The notes below the pieces were generated by a model. The model saw only the letters and a program-made list of their open reading frames with translations. It was not told the DNA's origin and made no database searches. From NCBI GenBank assembly GCA_964371255.1, contig CAYJKV010000001.1, positions 99,140-163,139 of the forward strand: 64,000 bases of DNA. The letters run 5' to 3'. Below, piece after piece: positions 19,703 to 28,726 of this stretch. Numbering within the stretch: position 1 is the first letter of the stretch; each line of letters opens with the position of its first letter. The DNA comes from an uncultured Candidatus Saccharibacteria bacterium (GTDB taxonomy: Bacteria; Patescibacteriota; Andersenbacteria; UBA10190). The position numbers and the translations under genes are program-made.

Positions 19703-21235
19703 ATGAAGGCATGGGCTAAATGTTATAAATGGCGAACCTGGTCAAGTAAAACCTGGTTGATAATAGTGTTATTGACAGCCAGTGTGGCGACCCATTTCTT
19801 GTGGTTTGGTTATCCGGGGCAAGTGGTGTTTGACGAAGTGCACTTTGGTAAGTTTGTGACAGCGTATTGCTGCACACACCAGCGTTTTTTTGATATTCAT
19901 CCGCCCCACGCTAAATTATTAATTGCCGGTACGGCTTACTTGTTTGGTTATCGAGGGGGAGTTAATTTTGACCATATCGGACAGGATTATGGCGATGTAG
20001 CCGCTTGGCCGCTGCGTGTCTTTCCGGCCTTGACTGGTGTGTTATTGCCGTTAGTCATTTATGCCCTGCTGCGACAATTAAAAGCTAAGCCAGCGGCAGC
20101 ATTCTGGGGCGGGATGCTGGTGGTGTTGGATAATGCCCTCACTGTACAGACGAGGATTATTGCTTTGGACGGTTTATTGCTAGTGGCCACATTTGGTGCC
20201 CTGGCAGCGTATTTAGCGGCCAGAAACCAAAAGCAGCCAAGCAGTGGGCTAATTTCGTCGAGTGTTGGAGTGAACACCTGGTGGAATTCATTGACGGGCA
20301 GGACACAGATGAAGAGAGAAGGATGGATGTTTTTGCTAGCAGGCTCATTAGTCGGTTTGGCCGTCGGGACAAAATTTACAGGGCTAACGGCTGGTGGGTT
20401 GATCGTAATATTACTAGTTGTTTGGCTGATCAGAATAAGAACCTACACTGAGATCAGAAGATGGATAACAGCCACCGCTTTGATCGTATTGGGAGCAGTA
20501 GTCGTGTATGGCTTGGGGTGGATGATACATTTTATGGTTTTAACCGAACCGGGTGATGGGGATTTGTGGCGGAAACCACAGTGGGAACAACCAATCATGG
20601 CTAGTTTTTGGCGCGAAACAAAAATGATCCATAAAATAATGTATGATGCCAACAGTGGATTGAAAGCGGAGCACCATGACGCGAGCCGCTGGTGGTCCTG
20701 GCCGCTGGTTCGAACACCAGTTTTTTATTGGCAATTTAGTGAAGGGGGAGAGGCAAACAGATCCGGATCAATTTATTTTTTACCTAATCCGTTTTTATGG
20801 TGGGGGACGTCTGCCTTGTTTGTGGTGGTGATATTAGCGATAGTGATTACGGGAGTGAATAATATTACAAGGTGGGCGAAGCGAAGGAAAGAACTTGGCC
20901 AAATGCGACAGCAATGGCAGCAGTCATTCTTGAAGCAGGCGTGGTTGCCGTTAATGGGATACGCGGCATCGTATATACCATTGATGAAAGTAACCAGGGT
21001 CTTATTTCTTTATCATTACCTGACACCCTGGCTGTTTTCCCTGATCGTGACTGTTTTGTGGCTCGAGAGAGTTGGCTGGATTACACCAAAGGAGGCAATA
21101 GATCAACCAAAGAGGTATTGGTTGGTGCTGGGCATAATACTATGCGCATTTATTTTTTTCAGCCCCTTGACGTACGGTTTTTTACTGGGAGAAGGGGTAC
21201 GGGAAGGACTGTTTTGGTTTAAAACGTGGATGTAA
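19703..21235 (+). CDS. GT39-family protein O-mannosyltransferase-like membrane glycosyltransferase
   Basis: 510 aa and polytopic. The loop-1 motif VVFDEVHFGKF is the hallmark DE-containing motif of PMT/GT39 enzymes. Confidence 0.6.
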   Translation: MKAWAKCYKWRTWSSKTWLIIVLLTASVATHFLWFGYPGQVVFDEVHFGKFVTAYCCTHQRFFDIHPPHAKLLIAGTAYLFGYRGGVNFDHIGQDYGDVAAWPLRVFPALTGVLLPLVIYALLRQLKAKPAAAFWGGMLVVLDNALTVQTRIIALDGLLLVATFGALAAYLAARNQKQPSSGLISSSVGVNTWWNSLTGRTQMKREGWMFLLAGSLVGLAVGTKFTGLTAGGLIVILLVVWLIRIRTYTEIRRWITATALIVLGAVVVYGLGWMIHFMVLTEPGDGDLWRKPQWEQPIMASFWRETKMIHKIMYDANSGLKAEHHDASRWWSWPLVRTPVFYWQFSEGGEANRSGSIYFLPNPFLWWGTSALFVVVILAIVITGVNNITRWAKRRKELGQMRQQWQQSFLKQAWLPLMGYAASYIPLMKVTRVLFLYHYLTPWLFSLIVTVLWLERVGWITPKEAIDQPKRYWLVLGIILCAFIFFSPLTYGFLLGEGVREGLFWFKTWM

Positions 21236-21499
21236 AAGGAAACTTGAAGCACGCAACTGAAGAAGTTCGCCCTCAGGGATCCTGTGGGGAGAAGCAAATT
21301 GGCAATACCCCCTAAGGGGTCCCCTCGGGATAAACGTAACAAATCCGAAACTTGATTTAAGGTGAGGCTTGTTGCAGCGAGTTTCGCCGGAAGGCGACTG
21401 TCCTGCTGGACGGCAAATTCCAAAGGCAAAACTACAAACACTCGTTAGAAATAAGAACAAGATAAAAGTAAATAAGTAGGGATGTGATATTATTATGGC

Positions 21500-22888
21500 A
21501 TGCATGACGGGAGGATAGCCGAGACGAAAAAATCGGGCGGTGTGCTGGTGATGACTTTGGTGTTTGTGACCATGTTTTTAGTAATTTTTATTGGCATTTC
21601 TGGCATGGTGAGCCGGACTTATCATGAAACGGTTCTGCAGGCGCATGACGAGTTGGCTTTCCAGGTAGCAGAGGCCGGTTTGAACTATGCCAGGTGGAGG
21701 TTGGCCCATAATGGGGATGATTTGTCGGCGGCTGAAGGGGTGCTGACAGATCAATTGGCGGGTGATTTGGGGGAGTATGAATTAACGTTTGAACAACCGG
21801 TACCCGGTAGTTCAATTGTCAGAATTACATCGGTGGGAACAACATTAACTCAACCGATGCGACAAGTGAATTTGACGGTGTTGTATGGGAGGCCGTCGTT
21901 GGCCAGGTATGCGTCAATTACGAATAATGATGTGTGGTATGGAGGGACGATTTATGGATCGGTGCATGCGAATGGTGGAATTCGTATGGATGGGCAAGCG
22001 GATAGTTTAATGACTTCCGCTAAGGAAACATATGCTTGCCAACCATATCATGGATGTTCGTCACCTTATCAAACAAAACCGGGAATCTGGGGAACGGGGG
22101 AGATACAAGAATTATGGGAGTGGCCGGTGACCAGCGTGGACTACACCTCAATAACCTTAGATCTATTGGACATGAGGGACGCGGCGGATGAGACGGATAC
22201 ACATTATGGGCCATCAGGCGGTTTCGGATATCAGATAGAATTTGCCGGTGATAATACTTATTCCATTTATAAAGTGACAAGTCGTGGACCGTCTATCTGG
22301 TCATGGACTAGTGACACAGACTGGCAATATACGTCGCATGACGTGGGTAACAAGACTCTGATTGAAACTAAGACAGTGCCGGCGGGCGGGGTTATTTTCT
22401 TAGAGGATAGGACTTGGGTAAAAGGAGATATACGTGATCGAATTACGGTTGCGGCAGGCGTTTATCCAGCTAATCCCTCGACTAATGTTGATATCATACT
22501 GAATGGAAATATCAGTTACGGCAACGTGCATGACGGGACGCGGGTTTTTGCCGCAGTGGCACAAAGACATATTCTGATTCCCTGGTCGGGCGCACCGGAT
22601 AACATGCTTCTGGACGGTGCGTATGTAGCACAAAACGGATCGTTTCACCGACGTTATTATCCCAATTGCTGTGGCGCGTCGGCACATCGTCTGAAAACCA
22701 GTTTGACTAGGTATGGAATGGTAGCCAGTAACGGAGTGCCAGCCACGGCCTGGCTAGATGGTGGAACGGTAGTGAGTGGTTTTAGGTCCGGGCAAGCATC
22801 ATATGATGCCAACTTGCTTTATGGTCCGCCACCTTATTTTCCTGCGAATAGCCAATATGAGCTAATTTCCTGGGAGGAAGATCAATGA
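21500..22888 (+). CDS. PilX N-terminal-like large pilus-associated protein
   Basis: TM helix VLVMTLVFVTMFLVIFIGISGMV, then HDELAFQVAEAGLNYARWRL, typical of the PilX_N region. 462 aa, secreted/extracellular-looking. Confidence 0.5.
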   Translation: MHDGRIAETKKSGGVLVMTLVFVTMFLVIFIGISGMVSRTYHETVLQAHDELAFQVAEAGLNYARWRLAHNGDDLSAAEGVLTDQLAGDLGEYELTFEQPVPGSSIVRITSVGTTLTQPMRQVNLTVLYGRPSLARYASITNNDVWYGGTIYGSVHANGGIRMDGQADSLMTSAKETYACQPYHGCSSPYQTKPGIWGTGEIQELWEWPVTSVDYTSITLDLLDMRDAADETDTHYGPSGGFGYQIEFAGDNTYSIYKVTSRGPSIWSWTSDTDWQYTSHDVGNKTLIETKTVPAGGVIFLEDRTWVKGDIRDRITVAAGVYPANPSTNVDIILNGNISYGNVHDGTRVFAAVAQRHILIPWSGAPDNMLLDGAYVAQNGSFHRRYYPNCCGASAHRLKTSLTRYGMVASNGVPATAWLDGGTVVSGFRSGQASYDANLLYGPPPYFPANSQYELISWEEDQ

Positions 22889-23070
22889 TGGTAAAGAGGT
22901 GAATCAGTGAATTGAGTAACTATGTTCGGTTGGTTGCTGGCATTGTTGTCGGTGGCTTGAGGCTCAATGCTTGGTATGGGGGGTGGTTCAGAAAAAGGGA
23001 CGAACGAGGTATAGTGATAAGGAAGTTTAATTATTTAGCTTTATATCTGCAGGAATGAAGGGATCGATTT

Positions 23071-24099
23071 ATGATAGGGATTGATATATCAGATCGTTCA
23101 ATTAAGATGGTACAGAAATCGAATGTGGGTGGAGACCCCGTGCAGTCTTTTTGTTGGCATGTGATCGAGGAAGGAGTAATTGAGCGGGGCATAATTATGG
23201 AACCCAAAAAACTAAGTCAGGCCTTAGTGCAGACGTTTAAACGGTGTCATTTAGCGGTGGATACAGATGATGCGGTGGTGGCATCGATTCCGGAAACACA
23301 GTCCTTCCTGCGGGTGATTGAGATGCCTGATATGACAGACGAAGAGACGGATGAAGGAGTACGATGGGAAGTAGCCCAACATATCCCATTTGGATTGGAA
23401 AATGTTTACATCGACTGGCAACCGATACCGTGTGGTCATCAGTCGGCTAAAGGAATTCGTGAAGTATTGGTTGGAGCGGCCCAGAAAAAAGTGGTTGATC
23501 CACTGTTGGTCGTATTGAAGGAGTTGGATTTAGATGTGGCGGCCTTGGAACTGGAAAGCCAGGCCATTGTGCGGGCGTTAATTTCACCGGAGCTGCAGAC
23601 CAAGCAAGGTATTCTTGTGGTAGATTTAGGCGGCAGTGCAACAAACGTTATTATCCATGACCATGGCGCTATGAGGTTTACGGCTAGTTTGCAGCACGGA
23701 GTCAGAAGGATAGCGGAAGCATTGCCAGCTAAGGACAAGGAGGGTCTGATAGTGCCCACCAATGAGGATTTTGAGCCAGAATTAGCTCGTCGTGTAGCGG
23801 AGGCCATGCGACCGGCACAAGAAGAGTTAGTGATGGAAATTAAGGGGATTGTTGAATTTTATAATGGTATTGATGCAAAACATGAGGTGACCGAAATCCT
23901 GCTGACAGGCGGTGGTTCCAATTATCCAGGACTAGACCGAGTCGTTGCTAAGTATTTTGATGATGTTCATGTGCAGCGGGGGAATCCGTGGGCCAATATT
24001 TTACCTCACAGCCAAATGAGCAAGGTGCCAATGTCACTGAAGGAGTCGGTGCATTTTTCCACCGCGATCGGTTTAGCGTTAAGAAAAATTGAAGCATGA
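23071..24099 (+). CDS. pilM: type IV pilus assembly protein PilM (copy 1)
   Basis: MIGIDISDRSIKMVQ N-terminus, actin-like ATPase fold motifs, and a DLGGSATNV phosphate loop. 342 aa. Confidence 0.8.
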   Translation: MIGIDISDRSIKMVQKSNVGGDPVQSFCWHVIEEGVIERGIIMEPKKLSQALVQTFKRCHLAVDTDDAVVASIPETQSFLRVIEMPDMTDEETDEGVRWEVAQHIPFGLENVYIDWQPIPCGHQSAKGIREVLVGAAQKKVVDPLLVVLKELDLDVAALELESQAIVRALISPELQTKQGILVVDLGGSATNVIIHDHGAMRFTASLQHGVRRIAEALPAKDKEGLIVPTNEDFEPELARRVAEAMRPAQEELVMEIKGIVEFYNGIDAKHEVTEILLTGGGSNYPGLDRVVAKYFDDVHVQRGNPWANILPHSQMSKVPMSLKESVHFSTAIGLALRKIEA

Positions 24100-24629
24100 A
24101 GGACGATATAAATCTCTTACCTAAGCCATTGGTAATAGGTCGAGAAAGACGGGCGTATTTGTTTGGTTTTGGCCGCTTACTGCAGCGGATTGCTTTGCTA
24201 TTAGTTGCTATAATTGTCGGGGAAGTAGTCGTGTATGGCGCTCACTATTATATAGATCAGACTATGGATCAGAGTGGGAAGGCCGATGAGCAAAGCCTGA
24301 GTACGACAGAACAAGCACAAAATGTGAATATGTTGCTGTCTTTGGTAGATAACACGCGCAAGCAATTTGTCAGCTGGTCTTTATTCAGTGAGGAAGTGCT
24401 TAATAGTGCGCCAAGAGAAATTACTATTAGCAAGTTGGAAGTGAAGGAGAAGCTAGGAGCATTAGAGGTGGTGGGTTATTCCAGTCGAAGAGCGTCGGTA
24501 TTGGAATACAAAAATATTTTAGCAGGGTTGAGTTGGGTGAAACGGGTGGATGCACCGCTACAAAACTATGCGATAGGGCCAGACGCCGGTTTTTCTTTCA
24601 GCCTAATTGTTGATAAGGGAGTACAATGA
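24096..24629 (+). CDS. pilN: PilN-like protein (copy 1)
   Basis: INLLP motif near the N-terminus and a single TM. Translationally coupled to pilM. Confidence 0.65.
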   Translation: MKDDINLLPKPLVIGRERRAYLFGFGRLLQRIALLLVAIIVGEVVVYGAHYYIDQTMDQSGKADEQSLSTTEQAQNVNMLLSLVDNTRKQFVSWSLFSEEVLNSAPREITISKLEVKEKLGALEVVGYSSRRASVLEYKNILAGLSWVKRVDAPLQNYAIGPDAGFSFSLIVDKGVQ

Positions 24630-25270
24630 AATCTTTACGCTTGAAAAAATTAATAATTACGAGGTTAATAGGATTGATTGTTGTCGTGTCGTTGGTAGGT
24701 TTAGTAATTGTCGCTGGACGCTTCGTGCAAGGGATAAGAATTCAACTAGCGGAAAGACAGTTAGTCTTGGAGGAGAGTTTAAATAATGCAGTGCATCGGG
24801 CAGCGGTAGCAGATAAACTGGTCCAATACGAACCAGAGATAAAGAGGGTGACTGATACTGTTCCGTGGCGTGATGGGATAGGGCAAGTGATTGAGATGGT
24901 GGAGTTGGAAGCAAAAAAGTGGGGAGTGGCTGTACTGGTACCGAAAATTAACGAGGAACCAAAATTTGATGAGAGTGGTGTCCCTGTTCCACAAACCGGG
25001 CCGACAAGGTTGATCCGCTTAAAAGTAGAGGCAACGGGTAACCCCTTGGCACTAATGAATTTTTTGCATAGTTTGGAAAATTTGCCCTATTTAATCAATC
25101 CCCTGTCATTTGTTTTAGATAATGAAGATGAGAGTGTAAACACAGTTGGTCCAGCAGCTTTGGCACCGGCTTTGTCGGGTTCCAAGGAAGAAAGAGAACA
25201 AAAAACAGTGCAGCAGTCTTCCTTAAAAGCGGATTTTCTTCTCACCGTGCGGGTAGAAGAACTTAAATAA
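24626..25270 (+). CDS. pilO: PilO-like protein (copy 1)
   Basis: Single N-terminal TM plus coiled coil. Position after pilN, with a 4-nt overlap. Confidence 0.5.
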   Translation: MKSLRLKKLIITRLIGLIVVVSLVGLVIVAGRFVQGIRIQLAERQLVLEESLNNAVHRAAVADKLVQYEPEIKRVTDTVPWRDGIGQVIEMVELEAKKWGVAVLVPKINEEPKFDESGVPVPQTGPTRLIRLKVEATGNPLALMNFLHSLENLPYLINPLSFVLDNEDESVNTVGPAALAPALSGSKEEREQKTVQQSSLKADFLLTVRVEELK

Positions 25271-25274
25271 TATT

Positions 25275-25625
25275 ATGAAAATTGATTGGCAAAGCATCAG
25301 TAATTTAGCGGACAAGAAAAGCTGGTATCAGATCAGCAGTCGCTTGCGGGTATTAGTGCATCAGGCACCGCGCATCTTGTTCATAAGACATAGTCATATT
25401 ATTGACATTATCGCGGTGGGTATGGGGCTGCTGTTGGCCTCCTATTTAGTCTTTCTATTGGTATTTAAACCACCAACCGACATTAACATGAATAATGCAC
25501 AAAAGTGGGATTTGCAGATAGACACCCTTAAAGATTTGAGTAATTGGGTAATTGAGCGTCAAAAGGAAAAAGAAAGAGTACTGGAATTTAACCGCAGCGA
25601 AATATTTAAAATGCCGATTAATTAA
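25275..25625 (+). CDS. hypothetical membrane protein (pilus module accessory?)
   Basis: 116 aa with one TM (IIAVGMGLLLASYLVFLLVF). It lies between the two pilMNO modules. Confidence 0.35.
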   Translation: MKIDWQSISNLADKKSWYQISSRLRVLVHQAPRILFIRHSHIIDIIAVGMGLLLASYLVFLLVFKPPTDINMNNAQKWDLQIDTLKDLSNWVIERQKEKERVLEFNRSEIFKMPIN

Positions 25626-25631
25626 AGACGT

Positions 25632-26684
25632 ATGATCGGGATAGATTTATCAGATCGTTCAATAAAAATTGTTGAAACCAGAGGGGACGAGAACCCTGTG
25701 CTACGGACTTTGTGTTGGTCACCTTTGGCACCAAATCTGCTAAGACGAGGTGTGGTGCAGGATGTGGCATTGGTCTCAGAGGCCTTGAAAGTAGCGATGA
25801 CGAAATGTTCACCCATTCCCGTCGAAGGCGGTGACGTAGTGGCTTCGATACCGGAGGTGCAATCTTTTGTCCGTGTCTTGGAAGTGCCAGCGATGTCCGA
25901 GAGGGAAATGGATGAAGCGGTACAATGGGCAGTGCGGCGACACATTCCGTTTGATTTGGACCGGGTTTATATTGATTGGGAGGAACTGGACCTGGCGTCT
26001 GATATGCCGCAGCACAAACAAGTGTTAGTCGGGGCGGCCCAACGCGATGTGGTGGATCCGCTGCTGACAGTTTTGGATAGTTTGGGTTTTAACGTGGTGG
26101 CTTTAGAACTTGAGGCACAAGCCGTGATGCGGTGTCTATTGCCACGAGATATTACCGAGACAAGGGATATTCGAGGTGTTCTAGTGGTTGATTTGGGGGC
26201 CACGTCGACGAATGTTATTTTATTTGATCAGGGAGCAATGCGTTTCACAGCTAGTGTGCAAGTGGGTGGCGATGATTTGACACAGCAATTAGCGCACGCG
26301 CTAAATTTAAAGCCGGCCCAGGCGATGGAAATCAAAGCAAAAGTTGGCGCTGGCTTCATTAAGGATGAACCGGCAGCAGCGCAAGCTTTACAGAGCGCAA
26401 CCTTGAATTTAGCCCGCATGGTAGAAAGAGCCGTACAGGAGATGACAGTACAGTTGCCGCGTGAACAGAGAATGAGAACAATATTGCTGACAGGCGGGAA
26501 TGCAAATTTGGTTGGTATTCGGGAGCTGTTTGGCAGTGTTTTCACTGGTATTCCTGTGCAATATGGCAATCCTTGGACGAATTTGCAACAAGAAAAGAGG
26601 CGAATTGGTCTTAATCTGACGGTCGGAGATGCCATGCATTTTACGACTGCGATCGGGTTGGCACTACGCGAGGTTGATTATTAA
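25632..26684 (+). CDS. pilM: type IV pilus assembly protein PilM (copy 2)
   Basis: MIGIDLSDRSIKIVE. Paralogous to copy 1, sharing VVASIPE.QSF.RV.E.P and DLG..STNVI. 350 aa. Confidence 0.8.
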   Translation: MIGIDLSDRSIKIVETRGDENPVLRTLCWSPLAPNLLRRGVVQDVALVSEALKVAMTKCSPIPVEGGDVVASIPEVQSFVRVLEVPAMSEREMDEAVQWAVRRHIPFDLDRVYIDWEELDLASDMPQHKQVLVGAAQRDVVDPLLTVLDSLGFNVVALELEAQAVMRCLLPRDITETRDIRGVLVVDLGATSTNVILFDQGAMRFTASVQVGGDDLTQQLAHALNLKPAQAMEIKAKVGAGFIKDEPAAAQALQSATLNLARMVERAVQEMTVQLPREQRMRTILLTGGNANLVGIRELFGSVFTGIPVQYGNPWTNLQQEKRRIGLNLTVGDAMHFTTAIGLALREVDY

Positions 26685-26699
26685 TATAACCAGCAAAAC

Positions 26700-27278
26700 A
26701 TGGCTCGTCATTTAAACTTGCTACCTGTCGAACGTCGAGAGCATTTAAGACGCGGTGCTTTGTTAGTGTCAAGTGTGCGGATTGTGAAAACGTTGCTGAT
26801 GGGGCTGGGAGTGATGTCAGGTGGGGCAGTGCTCATTGGATTAAGTTTGTGGGGTTTGACTTTTACTTATGCAAGTTCCGGAAGTTCAGAGCTAGAACAA
26901 CAAGTGGGGGCATACGTACAGTTAAAGGACATTATTGCTCGGCAAAATCAGGTGCTGAACCAAGTTAATCGTCTAGGTTCAGAGAGGTTAGTGTGGTCGG
27001 ATTATCTCGGGGGATTTCTATCGGAAGTTCCGCCCGGCACGACAATTAATATTTTAACAGCTGATACAACTAGCGGGATGGTGACTTTTTCTGGTGAAGC
27101 GCTCACAAGAAATTCCTTGGTGGTCTTTGAAGAAAGGCTAAGCCAATTAGAATGGGTGGCGTCTGTGGCAGCGCCGCGACAGAATTTATTACAAAGAAGT
27201 AATCCTGAGTATAGTTTCGAGTTGAAGCTCAAACCGATGGGTGGGGTAAGTTTTAATGATGATGCGATGGCTTTATGA
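26700..27278 (+). CDS. pilN: PilN-like protein (copy 2)
   Basis: LNLLP motif and a single TM. Confidence 0.6.
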   Translation: MARHLNLLPVERREHLRRGALLVSSVRIVKTLLMGLGVMSGGAVLIGLSLWGLTFTYASSGSSELEQQVGAYVQLKDIIARQNQVLNQVNRLGSERLVWSDYLGGFLSEVPPGTTINILTADTTSGMVTFSGEALTRNSLVVFEERLSQLEWVASVAAPRQNLLQRSNPEYSFELKLKPMGGVSFNDDAMAL

Positions 27279-27937
27279 GTAATAGTTTCACTAACCAAGG
27301 GACAAGCGCCGCTAAGGTATTAGTGGTCTTGAGTGTGGCGGTATTGCTACTAGCCGGCTTACAGCCATTTTTGTGGAGCTGGGTTAAAAATCGGTCAATA
27401 GCTTTACATGAATTGAGGATTCAAGCGGAACAAATAGAAGAAGTGAAAAAAAGAACAAAAGAAATGGAAGATAATTATAACAACCAAAAGATATTTGTGG
27501 CTCAACTTGATTCTGTCGTACCGCAGAGTCGCAACGCACTGCAGGTGATTGAGCGGTTGGAAACGGCAACTCAAGGATTAAATGTTAAGTTAGAGGTGTC
27601 GCGGATTGATGAAGGGGCGGAGCTGAAACTGGGGGAAGGAGCCGGGCCGGAAGAATCTGGTTTGGTCGAACCGGTGCCGGATCTTGCCAGAGATAATAGC
27701 AAACCGGGTAACTCGGTATTTCCATTATTTATTACGGTTACAGTAACCGGTAAGCCAGAAGCGTTAGTAGAATATATTGACGTGGTTGAACATGTCCAAG
27801 AATTATCTTATATACAAAAATTTACGATATCACCGGCAGTATCTGCACAAAACCTGACAGTTGAAGACAGCGAATTTCAGCTGTTAATGACGGTGGTATT
27901 TTATTTACAAGGACAACCTGATGGATCAATCGAATGA
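27275..27937 (+). CDS. pilO: PilO-like protein (copy 2)
   Basis: N-terminal TM plus coiled coil. 4-nt overlap with pilN2. Confidence 0.5.
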   Translation: MSNSFTNQGTSAAKVLVVLSVAVLLLAGLQPFLWSWVKNRSIALHELRIQAEQIEEVKKRTKEMEDNYNNQKIFVAQLDSVVPQSRNALQVIERLETATQGLNVKLEVSRIDEGAELKLGEGAGPEESGLVEPVPDLARDNSKPGNSVFPLFITVTVTGKPEALVEYIDVVEHVQELSYIQKFTISPAVSAQNLTVEDSEFQLLMTVVFYLQGQPDGSIE

Positions 27938-28256
27938 CAAACTATTAAATCGCTCTTGGCAAGAGTGGGTAAGAATCGGCGGCAATTACCTGGTAGTAAT
28001 TATTACTCATTCATGGGTGAGGGTTACTATAATGTTATTATTGATGCTCGCTCTGGCCTGGTTATCGTTCACCAGGGGATACATTCCGTTAACAGAGGAT
28101 GTGGAGTTGCCAGTCAGTGTACTGGAAAATAATCCTAGTCTAGATATCAGAACATTACAAACGATCAATACCGATCGGGCAGAACGGGTAAGACGAGAGA
28201 GGCTGGATTACTCTAGTTATGCCAGGGTGTTAGTGGCGCCTGAGAAAAATAATTAA
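27921..28256 (+). CDS. hypothetical small membrane protein
   Basis: 111 aa with one TM. Overlaps the pilO2 end. Confidence 0.3.
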   Translation: MDQSNDKLLNRSWQEWVRIGGNYLVVIITHSWVRVTIMLLLMLALAWLSFTRGYIPLTEDVELPVSVLENNPSLDIRTLQTINTDRAERVRRERLDYSSYARVLVAPEKNN

Positions 28257-28276
28257 GGGCGAAGGCGAGCGGCGTT

Positions 28277-28714
28277 TTGTTTGAGCTTGGAACAATGGAT
28301 TCAAGAGATACAGTATTGGCCTTTGGCACTTTTGATCCTCTTCATCCGGGGCACGAATATTTTTTACGACAGGCAAAAAAATTCGGCGATAAACTCTTGG
28401 TGGTAGTGGCCCGAGACAGTTATATCAGAGCAGTAAAAAAGAGGGAGCCCCGCAAGATTGAGCTAGTAAGGCAAGGTGATCTGCAAAAACTAGGAATTGT
28501 TGATAAAGTGATCTTGGGGAAGGAATGGCCGGCCCAGGATCAATATGGATTATTGCGAGAATTGTCTTATAACGTGTTGGCGCTGGGTTATGACCAACGA
28601 CCTGATGATGAAACGGTAAGAAAAGAACTAGACCAGATTGGCCGCGGGGATGTTAAGGTGGTGAGACTCAAGGCGTATCGTCCTAAAATATATAAATCTT
28701 CTCTGATAAAATAA
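28277..28714 (+). CDS. cytidylyltransferase-like nucleotidyltransferase (HxGH family; RibL/TagD-like)
   Basis: AFGTFDPLHPGHEYFL is the (T/H)xGH nucleotidyltransferase motif. 145 aa. Confidence 0.6.
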   Translation: MFELGTMDSRDTVLAFGTFDPLHPGHEYFLRQAKKFGDKLLVVVARDSYIRAVKKREPRKIELVRQGDLQKLGIVDKVILGKEWPAQDQYGLLRELSYNVLALGYDQRPDDETVRKELDQIGRGDVKVVRLKAYRPKIYKSSLIK

Positions 28715-28726
28715 GGAGAGCAGGAA

